Shown here piece after piece: positions 1 through 7,773 of a stretch of 64,000 nt of DNA. Source of the DNA: Chlorobiota bacterium (GTDB lineage: Bacteria; Bacteroidota; Ignavibacteria; OLB7); assembly GCA_963711465.1 (NCBI GenBank), contig CAVQEG010000001.1, positions 367,724-431,723 of the forward strand, in the 5' to 3' direction. Under the pieces are notes generated by a model. That model was not told where the DNA came from. It saw only the letters and a program-made list of their open reading frames with translations, and did no database searches. Every line of letters starts with the position of its first letter. The first letter of the stretch is position 1. A program made the position numbers and the translations under genes.

Positions 1-125
1 CGGTCGAAGAAGTCGTCGAGGTTCTCCATCAGGTTCACGGCGATGTAGATCACCACGAACGCGAGGATGGCGAAGAAGAACGTCTGGACAAACTGGCGGA
101 GGATGTATCGATCGATTCTGTCCAT
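1..125 (-). CDS. LptF/LptG (YjgP/YjgQ)-family LPS-export permease; only the first 41 codons are present because the gene runs off the left edge
   Basis: Reverse-strand translation from the ATG at 125 gives MDRIDRYILRQFVQTFFFAILAFVVIYIAVNLMENLDDFFD. This is the typical N-terminus and first TM helix of LptF/LptG permeases. It is absent from the ORF track because it is truncated. Confidence 0.6.
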   Translation of the reverse strand, partial: MDRIDRYILRQFVQTFFFAILAFVVIYIAVNLMENLDDFFD

Positions 126-170
126 GGTTACGATCCGATGGGCGAGCACACCGGCGCGCTCGCGCGGAGA

Positions 171-1022
171 TCACCTCCGTTCTTCACGGCGAATGTAGTA
201 GCGGCTTGCAAGACCCGACCCTACGACCCCGAGTAGCGCACCGACGAGCGGGAACAGCAGGGGCAGCAGGGCGAATCGACCGGGGAACATGTGTTCCAGG
301 CCGGGGAACAGCAGCCACGATGAGTAGAGGATGGCGGCCGACAACGATCCGCCTCCAAGACCGATCACCAGTCCCTGCATGATGAATGGCGCGAGCACCC
401 ACCGCTCTTCGGCACCCATCAGCCACATCGTCCGGATGACCGAGCGTCGGGAGACGACGGTGAGCTGTGCGGTGGTAGCGGTGATTCCGATGGCGCCGAG
501 AGAGAGCGCGATTCCGATGGCGAGGGTGATTCGGAAGAACAGTGCGGAGCGCTCTTCGACGGTCGTCAGCAGATCGCTGGGGAAGGCCACGTCGTCGACG
601 CCGTTGATTCCGGCGATGCGTCCGCGAACGGCCTCGACCGAATCGAGCGTCCGCGCTTCCTCGCGCAGGGTGACCTGCACGGTCAGCGGGAGGGGTACGG
701 GCATCGAGGGATCGACGGAGAGATCGAAGAGCTTCGCCGCTTCCTCTCTGGAGCGAACGCGGGCGGATTCGACGACGGGGAAGGCGGTGATTTCCGAGGC
801 GATCTGTCGCGCACGCAGGTCGCTGACTTTTTCGGCGAGGAACACCTCGACGTTGGCCGATCGTCGCGCCGCGAGCAGTTCTCCGCGGTAGGCGAATGCG
901 ACGACCATCAATCCGCCGACGATTGCGAGTGCCACGCCGATGAGGAAGGCGCTGATGAAGCTTGCGGCAGCCACGCGGCGCAGCGCTGCAAGACCCTCGC
1001 CGATGAGGAAGCGGACGGTCAT
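171..1022 (-). CDS. ftsX: Cell-division ABC transporter permease FtsX
   Basis: The 283-aa ORF has an N-terminal TM, a periplasmic loop and a C-terminal FtsX-like 3-TM permease region (LTVVSRRSVIRTMWLMGAEERWVLAPFIMQGLVIG). It overlaps surE by 4 nt. Confidence 0.8.
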   Translation of the reverse strand: MTVRFLIGEGLAALRRVAAASFISAFLIGVALAIVGGLMVVAFAYRGELLAARRSANVEVFLAEKVSDLRARQIASEITAFPVVESARVRSREEAAKLFDLSVDPSMPVPLPLTVQVTLREEARTLDSVEAVRGRIAGINGVDDVAFPSDLLTTVEERSALFFRITLAIGIALSLGAIGITATTAQLTVVSRRSVIRTMWLMGAEERWVLAPFIMQGLVIGLGGGSLSAAILYSSWLLFPGLEHMFPGRFALLPLLFPLVGALLGVVGSGLASRYYIRREERR

Positions 1023-1840
1023 CGTTCGCTCGGGAAGGAAGTGGTCGGATGGGCGAGTTCTTCGAGCAACGCAGCGCCGTCGTGCTCGATTCCCCAGGAC
1101 TGCATCGACTCGAGCATCTCGTGGTCGGTGAGTCGGTAGTGGATGGGAGTAACCGTGACGAATCCTTCGCTGAGCAACGCATCGTCCGACTCCTCGGTGC
1201 CGGAGTGGCGGTAGCTACCGGTCAGCCAGTAGTACGGCCGTCCCATCGGATCGTAGCGTTCTTCGTAGTGGTCATCCCAGAACCCCTCTCCCTGCTGGAC
1301 GATGCGCACGCCCCGGATCCGATCTTCGCCGAGTGCCGGCACGTTGACGTTGAGCAGGACGCCCGGTGGAATGTGTGCCCGCGCAGTGCGGACAGCGATC
1401 CACGCGGCGACTCTGCCGGCGACCGTGAAGTCGGCCTCGTCGCTGAAGTCGTCGAGCGAGATGGCGATGGAGGGAATTCCGAGCACCGTTCCCTCGGTCG
1501 CGGCGGAGACGGTGCCGGAGTAGATGAGGCTGATAGCGGTGTTGCGCCCGTGATTGATGCCGGAGACGACCAGATCGGGTCGCTGCGGAAGAATCCGGCC
1601 GACGGCCAGCTTGACGCAGTCGGCCGGCTTGCCGTTGACCGCCCATCCGAAGAACCGGCCGTCTCGTTCATGCTCCTGCACACGGAGCGGCACTGAAACC
1701 GTCAGTGCATGTCCGACGGCCGACTGCTGCGTATCGGGTGCGACGACATCGACGTGACCAACCGAACGGAGCGCGTCGGCCAGTGCCCGGATTCCTCCGG
1801 AATCGATTCCGTCGTCGTTCGATACGAGAATTCGAAGCAA
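1019..1840 (-). CDS. surE: 5'/3'-nucleotidase SurE
   Basis: The N-terminus MLRILVSNDDGIDSGGIRALADAL and the SGINHGRN motif are hallmark SurE sequences. Confidence 0.9.
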   Translation of the reverse strand: MLRILVSNDDGIDSGGIRALADALRSVGHVDVVAPDTQQSAVGHALTVSVPLRVQEHERDGRFFGWAVNGKPADCVKLAVGRILPQRPDLVVSGINHGRNTAISLIYSGTVSAATEGTVLGIPSIAISLDDFSDEADFTVAGRVAAWIAVRTARAHIPPGVLLNVNVPALGEDRIRGVRIVQQGEGFWDDHYEERYDPMGRPYYWLTGSYRHSGTEESDDALLSEGFVTVTPIHYRLTDHEMLESMQSWGIEHDGAALLEELAHPTTSFPSER

Positions 1841-1907
1841 GATCTCGAGTTCGAATTACTGGTGAGCAGCGTCGCAAGCCGCCGGGGCGCGGAGAGAGGA
1901 TGCCGGC

Positions 1908-3275
1908 CTACGACGCCCTGACGATGTCGTTGTAAATGACGAACGCCATCAGGAGCAAGAGGAGGAAGAAGCCGACCTGCTGGACGGCCATTCGGATCTT
2001 CAGGGGGACTTCCCGCCGCATGACGCCCTCGATGAGGATGAACGCGAGGTGTCCGCCGTCGAGAGCGGGAATCGGAAGGATATTCATCACCGCCAGCGTC
2101 ACCGACAGCAGTGCCATCAGCTGCAGGAAGCTCTGCAGACCGAGGGTCCAGGAGAGCTTCGCTGCACGGGCAATGGCGACCGGGCCGGCGACCGACTCGC
2201 TGAGGTTGGCATGGCCGGTCACCAGGTTGCCGACGAGGCCGAAGATGTCACCGACCATATTGGTCGTCGTCGTGAAGCCCGCGCCGATGGCGGGGAAGAA
2301 CCCGTAGTCGATGGTCTTGATCGGTCCGGCGACGGTCGGCTGCACACCGATCTGTCCGTTGTCGGCGGCCTTCACGCTGGACACCAGCGTATCGCCGCCG
2401 CGAACGAAGCGGATGTCGATCGGTCGCTTTGCGTTCGCCTCGATGTACTGCTTGAATGCCATCGCGTTGGCGACGGGCGTGTCGTCCATCGCGAGCACGA
2501 CGTCGCCCGACTTGAATCCGGCGGCGTCGGCCGGTGTGCCGGGAAAGACGTTGGCGAACGAGACGTGGACGCCGGCAGGATTCGGAATGATGAAGTCGCC
2601 GTTGCGCGGATCCGACGGGATGGCGGTGCGGGGGATGTCGATCGTCATTCGACGACCGTCGCGTTCGACGCTCATGCTGACGTCGTTGGCGGCTTCGTCG
2701 ACGTTGATGCGCTCCCAGATCTGCTCGAAGTACTGGATCGGCTCGCCGTTGACCGACAGCACGCGGTCGCCTTCACGAAGGCCGGCCTCATAGGCAGGGT
2801 CGCTGTGGGGCAGCAGTCCGACCTGCGTCGTGTCGTAGACCTTTTTCCCCGAGATCATGTTGAGTACCGACAACACGATGATCGCGAGGATGAAGTTCAT
2901 GATCACGCCCGCGCAGATCACGAACGATTTCTGCAGTGTGTTCTTCGAGCGGAACTCCCACGGCTCGGGCGGGTGATCGGCGTAGGACGTGTCCATGCTC
3001 TCGTCGATCATGCCGGCGATTTTGACGTAGCCACCGATCGGCAGCGCGCTTACGCGGTAATCGGTGCGTCCTTCGAGGTCGATGTCTTCGGGCAGCTTGC
3101 CGAAGGTCAGGCCGGTCTTCCAGTTCCAACCGAACACCCGTGGACCCATTCCAAGGGCAAACACGTCAGCGCGGATGCCGTTCCACTTGGCGGCAATGAA
3201 GTGTCCTGCTTCATGAACGAACACGAGCACGCCGATGAGCACGATGAACGGCAGAGCGTATTGGAGAATCACCAT
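1908..3275 (-). CDS. rseP: RIP zinc metalloprotease RseP (site-2 protease, M50) with PDZ domains
   Basis: It carries HEAGHFIAAK (HExxH), two PDZ-like segments and the C-terminal NILPIPALDGGH motif. I placed the start at the internal MVILQYALPF, which is 13 codons inside the track ORF 1908..3314. The start is uncertain. Confidence 0.85.
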   Translation of the reverse strand: MVILQYALPFIVLIGVLVFVHEAGHFIAAKWNGIRADVFALGMGPRVFGWNWKTGLTFGKLPEDIDLEGRTDYRVSALPIGGYVKIAGMIDESMDTSYADHPPEPWEFRSKNTLQKSFVICAGVIMNFILAIIVLSVLNMISGKKVYDTTQVGLLPHSDPAYEAGLREGDRVLSVNGEPIQYFEQIWERINVDEAANDVSMSVERDGRRMTIDIPRTAIPSDPRNGDFIIPNPAGVHVSFANVFPGTPADAAGFKSGDVVLAMDDTPVANAMAFKQYIEANAKRPIDIRFVRGGDTLVSSVKAADNGQIGVQPTVAGPIKTIDYGFFPAIGAGFTTTTNMVGDIFGLVGNLVTGHANLSESVAGPVAIARAAKLSWTLGLQSFLQLMALLSVTLAVMNILPIPALDGGHLAFILIEGVMRREVPLKIRMAVQQVGFFLLLLLMAFVIYNDIVRAS

Positions 3276-3328
3276 GTCGACTGGGAAATGCGTGGATCTG
3301 GTGCCGGGCCACACCGCCTCGGCGCCGC

Positions 3329-4504
3329 TCAGCTGCGGGCGCGGGAGGGGGTCGACGGCGTGCCAAGATATGAACGAACGGCCTGGCGCGTTCGTTTATC
3401 GGCATCGATGACGGACTGTAGCATGACCGCGTCCTCCACCGGTGCCTCCTCGAGCGCGCGTTCGATCAAACGAGGAATATCGGAAAACCGGATCTCGCGA
3501 TCGAGGAAGGCGGCGACGGCTATCTCATTTGCAGCGTTGAGTACCGCCGGTGCCGTTCCGCCCCGTTCGAGCGCCTCGTAGGCCAGGCGCAGCGCAGGAA
3601 AGCGCTCCGTGTCCGGTTCAAAGAAGCTCAGCGTCCCGACCGTCGGAAGACTCAGCCGACCGTTGCGGCTGGGGAGTCGACGGGGCCACGACAGCGCGTA
3701 CTGAATCGGCAGGCGCATGTCGGGCAGGCCCATCTGTGCGATCACCGAACCGTCGATGAACTGAACCATGGAATGGACGATCGACTGCGGGTGGATCACG
3801 ACGCGAATCCGATCGGTCTCCACACCGAAGAGCCACCGTGCCTCGATCACTTCGAGTCCCTTGTTGATCAGTGTGGCCGAGTCGATGGTGATCTTCGGGC
3901 CCATGTCCCAGTTGGGATGACGCAGTGCCCGTTCGGGCGTGACGTGATCGAATTCCGACGCATCGAGACCATGGAACGGCCCGCCGGAGGCGGTGAGGAT
4001 CAGGGCATCGACTGTCTCGGGATCTTCGCCGGCGAGGCACTGGAAGATCGCGCTGTGCTCGCTGTCGACCGGAATGAGCTCCGCGTCGTGTTCACGCACG
4101 AGCCGGTTGATGATCTCGCCGGCGATCACCATGGTTTCCTTGTTGGCCAGTGCAACGCGCTTTCCCGCGCGGATGGCCTCGACGGTGGGCACCAGTCCGC
4201 TGGCGCCGACCATCGCACTGACGACGATGTCCACGCTGGCGGCACCGGCCGCTTCTCCGAGCGCCTCGTGTCCAATGAGCACGCGCGATTCGGAACCGAA
4301 TCGACGGCGCAGCGCCTCGCCCGCGCGTTCATCGCAGACGACGACACCGTCGGGCCTGAATTCCTCCATTTGCCGGGCAAGCAGTTCGACGTTGCGATTG
4401 GTCGACATCCAGGCGACGCGAAACCGATCGGGATGTTCCCGCACGACGTCGAGCGTCTGCGTGCCGATCGATCCGGTGGAGCCGAGAATCGCAAGCTGCT
4501 GCAT
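3329..4504 (-). CDS. dxr: 1-deoxy-D-xylulose-5-phosphate reductoisomerase
   Basis: It has MQQLAILGSTGSIGTQTLDV (NADPH site), LANKE, the SEHSAIFQC motif and the NAANE motif. Confidence 0.95.
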   Translation of the reverse strand: MQQLAILGSTGSIGTQTLDVVREHPDRFRVAWMSTNRNVELLARQMEEFRPDGVVVCDERAGEALRRRFGSESRVLIGHEALGEAAGAASVDIVVSAMVGASGLVPTVEAIRAGKRVALANKETMVIAGEIINRLVREHDAELIPVDSEHSAIFQCLAGEDPETVDALILTASGGPFHGLDASEFDHVTPERALRHPNWDMGPKITIDSATLINKGLEVIEARWLFGVETDRIRVVIHPQSIVHSMVQFIDGSVIAQMGLPDMRLPIQYALSWPRRLPSRNGRLSLPTVGTLSFFEPDTERFPALRLAYEALERGGTAPAVLNAANEIAVAAFLDREIRFSDIPRLIERALEEAPVEDAVMLQSVIDADKRTRQAVRSYLGTPSTPSRARS

Positions 4505-4562
4505 GGTGCCGTTGGTTGATCCGCCGCCGGAGGACCGTCGTCGAACGCGGTCGGCCCGTGGC

Positions 4563-7148
4563 TCAGTCGAGGTATTTGTCGGTCACGTCGATGCCACCAC
4601 GGGCGGTGAAGAATCGGAAGTCGTGGAATGCCAGGGTGTTGTCGGGCACCACCTTGATCCGCACGAAGTACTTGAGCATCAGCCGCGTCAGACGGCTCAT
4701 GTCGCCGCCGTCGGTCAGGTACTCGATGATCGTCGGGTGAGCGCTCAGCGTCAGACGGAATTCACGCGCCTCTTCCTTGAACCGCTGCAGCCACCGCTCG
4801 ATGCGGCGTGTGACCGTGCTGCGCGACTGCACTAGTCCCGAGCCCTCGCAGGTGGGGCACTGCTCGGAGAGCGTATGGAGAATCTGCTGGCGGATTCGCT
4901 GGCGGGTCATCTGCACCAGTCCGAACTGGGTCATTGGCAGCACGACGGACTTGGCACGGTCGCGACGCATCTCGCGTTTGATCTCGTCGTGGACCTTCTT
5001 GCGATTGCGCTCGTCGTAGAGGTCGATGAAGTCGACCACGATCAGTCCGCCGATGTCGCGCAGCCGAAGCTGGCGCGCGATCTCACGGGCCGACTCCATG
5101 TTCGTCCGCAGCGAATTGATTTCCTGCTCCTTGCTGTCGGCGTAGCGCCCCGAGTTGACGTCGATCACCATCATCGCCTCGGTCTGCTCGAGGATGATGT
5201 AGCCGCCGGAGGGCAGCCAGACGCGCGGCTCGTAAATGCGCTCGATCTCCTTTTCGATGCCGGTCTCGTCGAAGATCGGCTTGTCGCCCGAGTAGAGTTC
5301 GACCTTGTCGGCAAGCTGAGGCGCCGCCCATTCCACGTACTCGTGGATGTCCTTATAGAGTCGGTGGTTGTCGATCACCACACGGTTGATGTCCGGGGTG
5401 AACATGTCGCGCATCACGGTATTGGCGACCGACTGGTCACGATACAGCAACGTCGGCTTCTCCGCCTCCTTGAGCTTCACCTCGATCGACCGCCACTGGT
5501 TGATCAGGTTGACGAGATCCTGACGGATCACGTCGCTGTCCTTGTTCTCGGCGTTGGTTCGGATGATGCAGCCGTGGCCTTCGGGCAGCAGACTCTGAGC
5601 GATGCGGCGCAGGCGGCGGCGCTCCTTCATGTGCTGCACCTTGCGGGAGACGCCGATCGACGGATCCAGCGGCAGCAGTACGAGGAAGCGGCCGGGGAGC
5701 GAGACCTTCGTCGAGACGCGCACGCCCTTGGAGGAGTAGGATTCGCGGGTGACCTGGACAATCACGTCCTGTCCGCGCTCCAGCGCGATGGTCACTTCGC
5801 CGCTGCGTTTGGTCTGGAACGTCGGGAGTTTCGCGTCCATGGTGTCGCCGCCCTTCGGAGGCGACTCGCCGTCTCCGGAGCGGCCGGAACCGCCACGGTT
5901 TCGCCCCCGACCTCCGCGGCGCGAACTGCGCTTGCGCGCAGCGCCGGTTGGCTTCGCATCGCCGTCGGAAGGCGCCTTCGGCTCTCCGCCGGCGTTCGAC
6001 TTCGATTCATCTGACGCCCTGGATTCACGTGCGGATTCCCGCTCGCCGGAATCGGACGTCGACGTCCGGTTACTCTGACCCTCTTCGTTGGCACCGGAGC
6101 CGGCTCCGGTGGGTCGCGATCCCTTGCGTGCGCCACGGCGTCCGCCGCGGCCGCGTCGAGGACGCTCTTCCGATTCGGTCTGCGGAGCGGCATCCGGCTC
6201 GGAGGCGGCATCCGGCTCGGTCGCCCGCTCCTGCGGCAATGAACGCGCGTTGCGCGGCTGGTTGCGAGGTGATGGTTTCGAGCCACCCTTCGTGCTTCGA
6301 TCCTTCGACGGGCGCTCGTGTGCCGAGCGGTCGTTCGTGGTTCGATCGTTCGACGAGCGGTCCTCGCTCGCCTCAGCCGCGGACTCGGTGTGCGCGGCGT
6401 CGGCTTCCCCTGCGGAATCCGCCTCTCCGCCGCGACCGCGACGGCCACGTCCTCTGCGGCCACGACGCCGCCGACGCTTTCGCTCCGCCTCTTCGGCACT
6501 ATCGCCACCGGAGGCATCGGACGTCGGATGGTCGGTCTCGGTCGGCTGTTCAGTGGCTTCGTCGTCGTGGGGCTGCGACGCGGGTACGTCCCGATGCTGA
6601 TCCTCAGCGTTCTTGCGACCACCTCGGGAACCTCTCTTGCCGCGTCGCCGGCTCTTCTGGCGCGACTCCGACTCGTGATCCTCGGGAGCCGCCACGCCTT
6701 GGCTCGACGATTCGGTTTCCTCGGACTGCGATGGTTCGTCCCTGGGTGTCGGCGACGATGAACGGGAGGGCTTCCTTTTCGCGGCGGACCTTCCGGAGGA
6801 TCCGGATCGCGTAGCGGGAGATCGATCGGCGCCGTTGCCGGCGGGGAGTTCCGCGGGAAGCGGCGTTTCCTCGGCATCATCGGAATCGATCTCCTCGAGG
6901 AACTCCTTGAATTCGTCGAGCTTCGTTCCGACGTCGCTGAAGTGAAGGAAGGCGTGCTGGCTTTCGCCGATGTCGATGAAGGCGGCGTTCATACCCTGGA
7001 CGACCCGCTGCACTTTGCCCAGGTAGATTGAACCGATACGGGACTGCTTGTCCTGGACTTCGAGGAATATCTCGGCCAGGCGCCCGTCCTCGGTCAGCGC
7101 GACGCGCATTTCATTCGACGTCGCGTTGATGATGATTTCTTTCTTCAT
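4563..7148 (-). CDS. Rne/Rng-family ribonuclease (RNase E/G) with a roughly 350-aa low-complexity insertion inside the S1 domain
   Basis: The S1 domain starts at IGSIYLGKVQRVVQGMNAAFIDIGESQHAFLHFSDV and resumes at GQDVIVQVTRESYSSKGVRVSTKVSLPGRFLVLLP. The catalytic core is present (IIRTNAEN, GGYIILEQTEAMMVIDVNSGR, IGGLIVVDFID), as is the zinc-link CPTCEGSG. Confidence 0.9.
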   Translation of the reverse strand: MKKEIIINATSNEMRVALTEDGRLAEIFLEVQDKQSRIGSIYLGKVQRVVQGMNAAFIDIGESQHAFLHFSDVGTKLDEFKEFLEEIDSDDAEETPLPAELPAGNGADRSPATRSGSSGRSAAKRKPSRSSSPTPRDEPSQSEETESSSQGVAAPEDHESESRQKSRRRGKRGSRGGRKNAEDQHRDVPASQPHDDEATEQPTETDHPTSDASGGDSAEEAERKRRRRRGRRGRGRRGRGGEADSAGEADAAHTESAAEASEDRSSNDRTTNDRSAHERPSKDRSTKGGSKPSPRNQPRNARSLPQERATEPDAASEPDAAPQTESEERPRRGRGGRRGARKGSRPTGAGSGANEEGQSNRTSTSDSGERESARESRASDESKSNAGGEPKAPSDGDAKPTGAARKRSSRRGGRGRNRGGSGRSGDGESPPKGGDTMDAKLPTFQTKRSGEVTIALERGQDVIVQVTRESYSSKGVRVSTKVSLPGRFLVLLPLDPSIGVSRKVQHMKERRRLRRIAQSLLPEGHGCIIRTNAENKDSDVIRQDLVNLINQWRSIEVKLKEAEKPTLLYRDQSVANTVMRDMFTPDINRVVIDNHRLYKDIHEYVEWAAPQLADKVELYSGDKPIFDETGIEKEIERIYEPRVWLPSGGYIILEQTEAMMVIDVNSGRYADSKEQEINSLRTNMESAREIARQLRLRDIGGLIVVDFIDLYDERNRKKVHDEIKREMRRDRAKSVVLPMTQFGLVQMTRQRIRQQILHTLSEQCPTCEGSGLVQSRSTVTRRIERWLQRFKEEAREFRLTLSAHPTIIEYLTDGGDMSRLTRLMLKYFVRIKVVPDNTLAFHDFRFFTARGGIDVTDKYLD

Positions 7149-7581
7149 ACGTGGGTTCTAACCCAGACAATAGAGTAGAACCCGCACAGATGGGGAAGAG
7201 AGGCGAGGGTAGGGGTACACGGGCGTTGCAGGACGGCGTCGCGCCATGAGAGCGCGCAAGCACCGGCGGCCTTCCGTCGCGCGTCCGACAGCCGGGGCAG
7301 TCCCCTGCGTCGGTGAACGCATGATGTCCGCGGCGACCTCTGCTGCGGACACTCGACAGGCGGAATGGACCATCCCCGGCGGCTTCCGCGCCGGGCGTGA
7401 CGTGGGGAGAGAACGAAGAGCGGGTCTGGGGCTGACGTCACGCGGCCGGTGGGCTCCCGACGCCGGAGGGCTTCAGGCGGCAGGGCGGGCACTGGGATGG
7501 CTCCTTCAACGGCGAGCCGTGGTTCGACACTTTCTGTCCCTCACCACCTGTGCGGTCAGGTGAAGGGTATACAAATAAAAA

Positions 7582-7684
7582 TGAGGTCAAGCTGATCTGT
7601 GTCGCACCGCGTAAATACCGACCGCTGCTTCCTTCCGGACCTGACGGGGTTGAGTACTACACGGTCGCACAGGACTTGACCTCA
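7582..7684 (-). ncRNA. ffs: Signal recognition particle RNA (small bacterial SRP / 4.5S RNA)
   Basis: The minus-strand read contains GUCAGGUCCGGAAGGAAGCAGC. This matches the conserved domain IV core and GGAA tetraloop of E. coli 4.5S RNA. The roughly 103-nt hairpin is closed by a 10-bp terminal helix (7582-7591 TGAGGTCAAG with 7675-7684 CTTGACCTCA). On the minus strand it is followed by TTTTTATTTG. The ends are approximate. Confidence 0.85.
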
Positions 7685-7773
7685 AAAACTTTCTCGATTA
7701 TAGACCGACAAATATACGCGCCGACGTCGCCGTCGCCAAACGAATTCACGTAAGTGTCTGTGCGTACGCCCCA

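Noticed and set aside
184-1182. A 332-aa minus-strand ORF overlaps ftsX and surE in another frame.
   Set aside because: Its extreme Arg/Pro/Ser/His composition, lack of motifs and complete overlap with two well-supported genes mark it as an off-frame shadow typical of GC-rich DNA.
2049-3581. A 510-aa plus-strand ORF lies antisense to rseP and dxr.
   Set aside because: It is an antisense shadow: Arg/Asp/Gly/His-rich, with no recognisable domain, and it spans two conserved genes on the opposite strand.
5792-6880. A 362-aa minus-strand ORF, and the plus-strand ORFs 5948..6814 and 6088..6600, lie inside the RNase E/G insertion region.
   Set aside because: They are alternative frames of low-complexity GC-rich DNA. 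The annotated frame is continuous with conserved RNase E/G sequence on both sides, so the insertion is read as part of one 861-aa protein.
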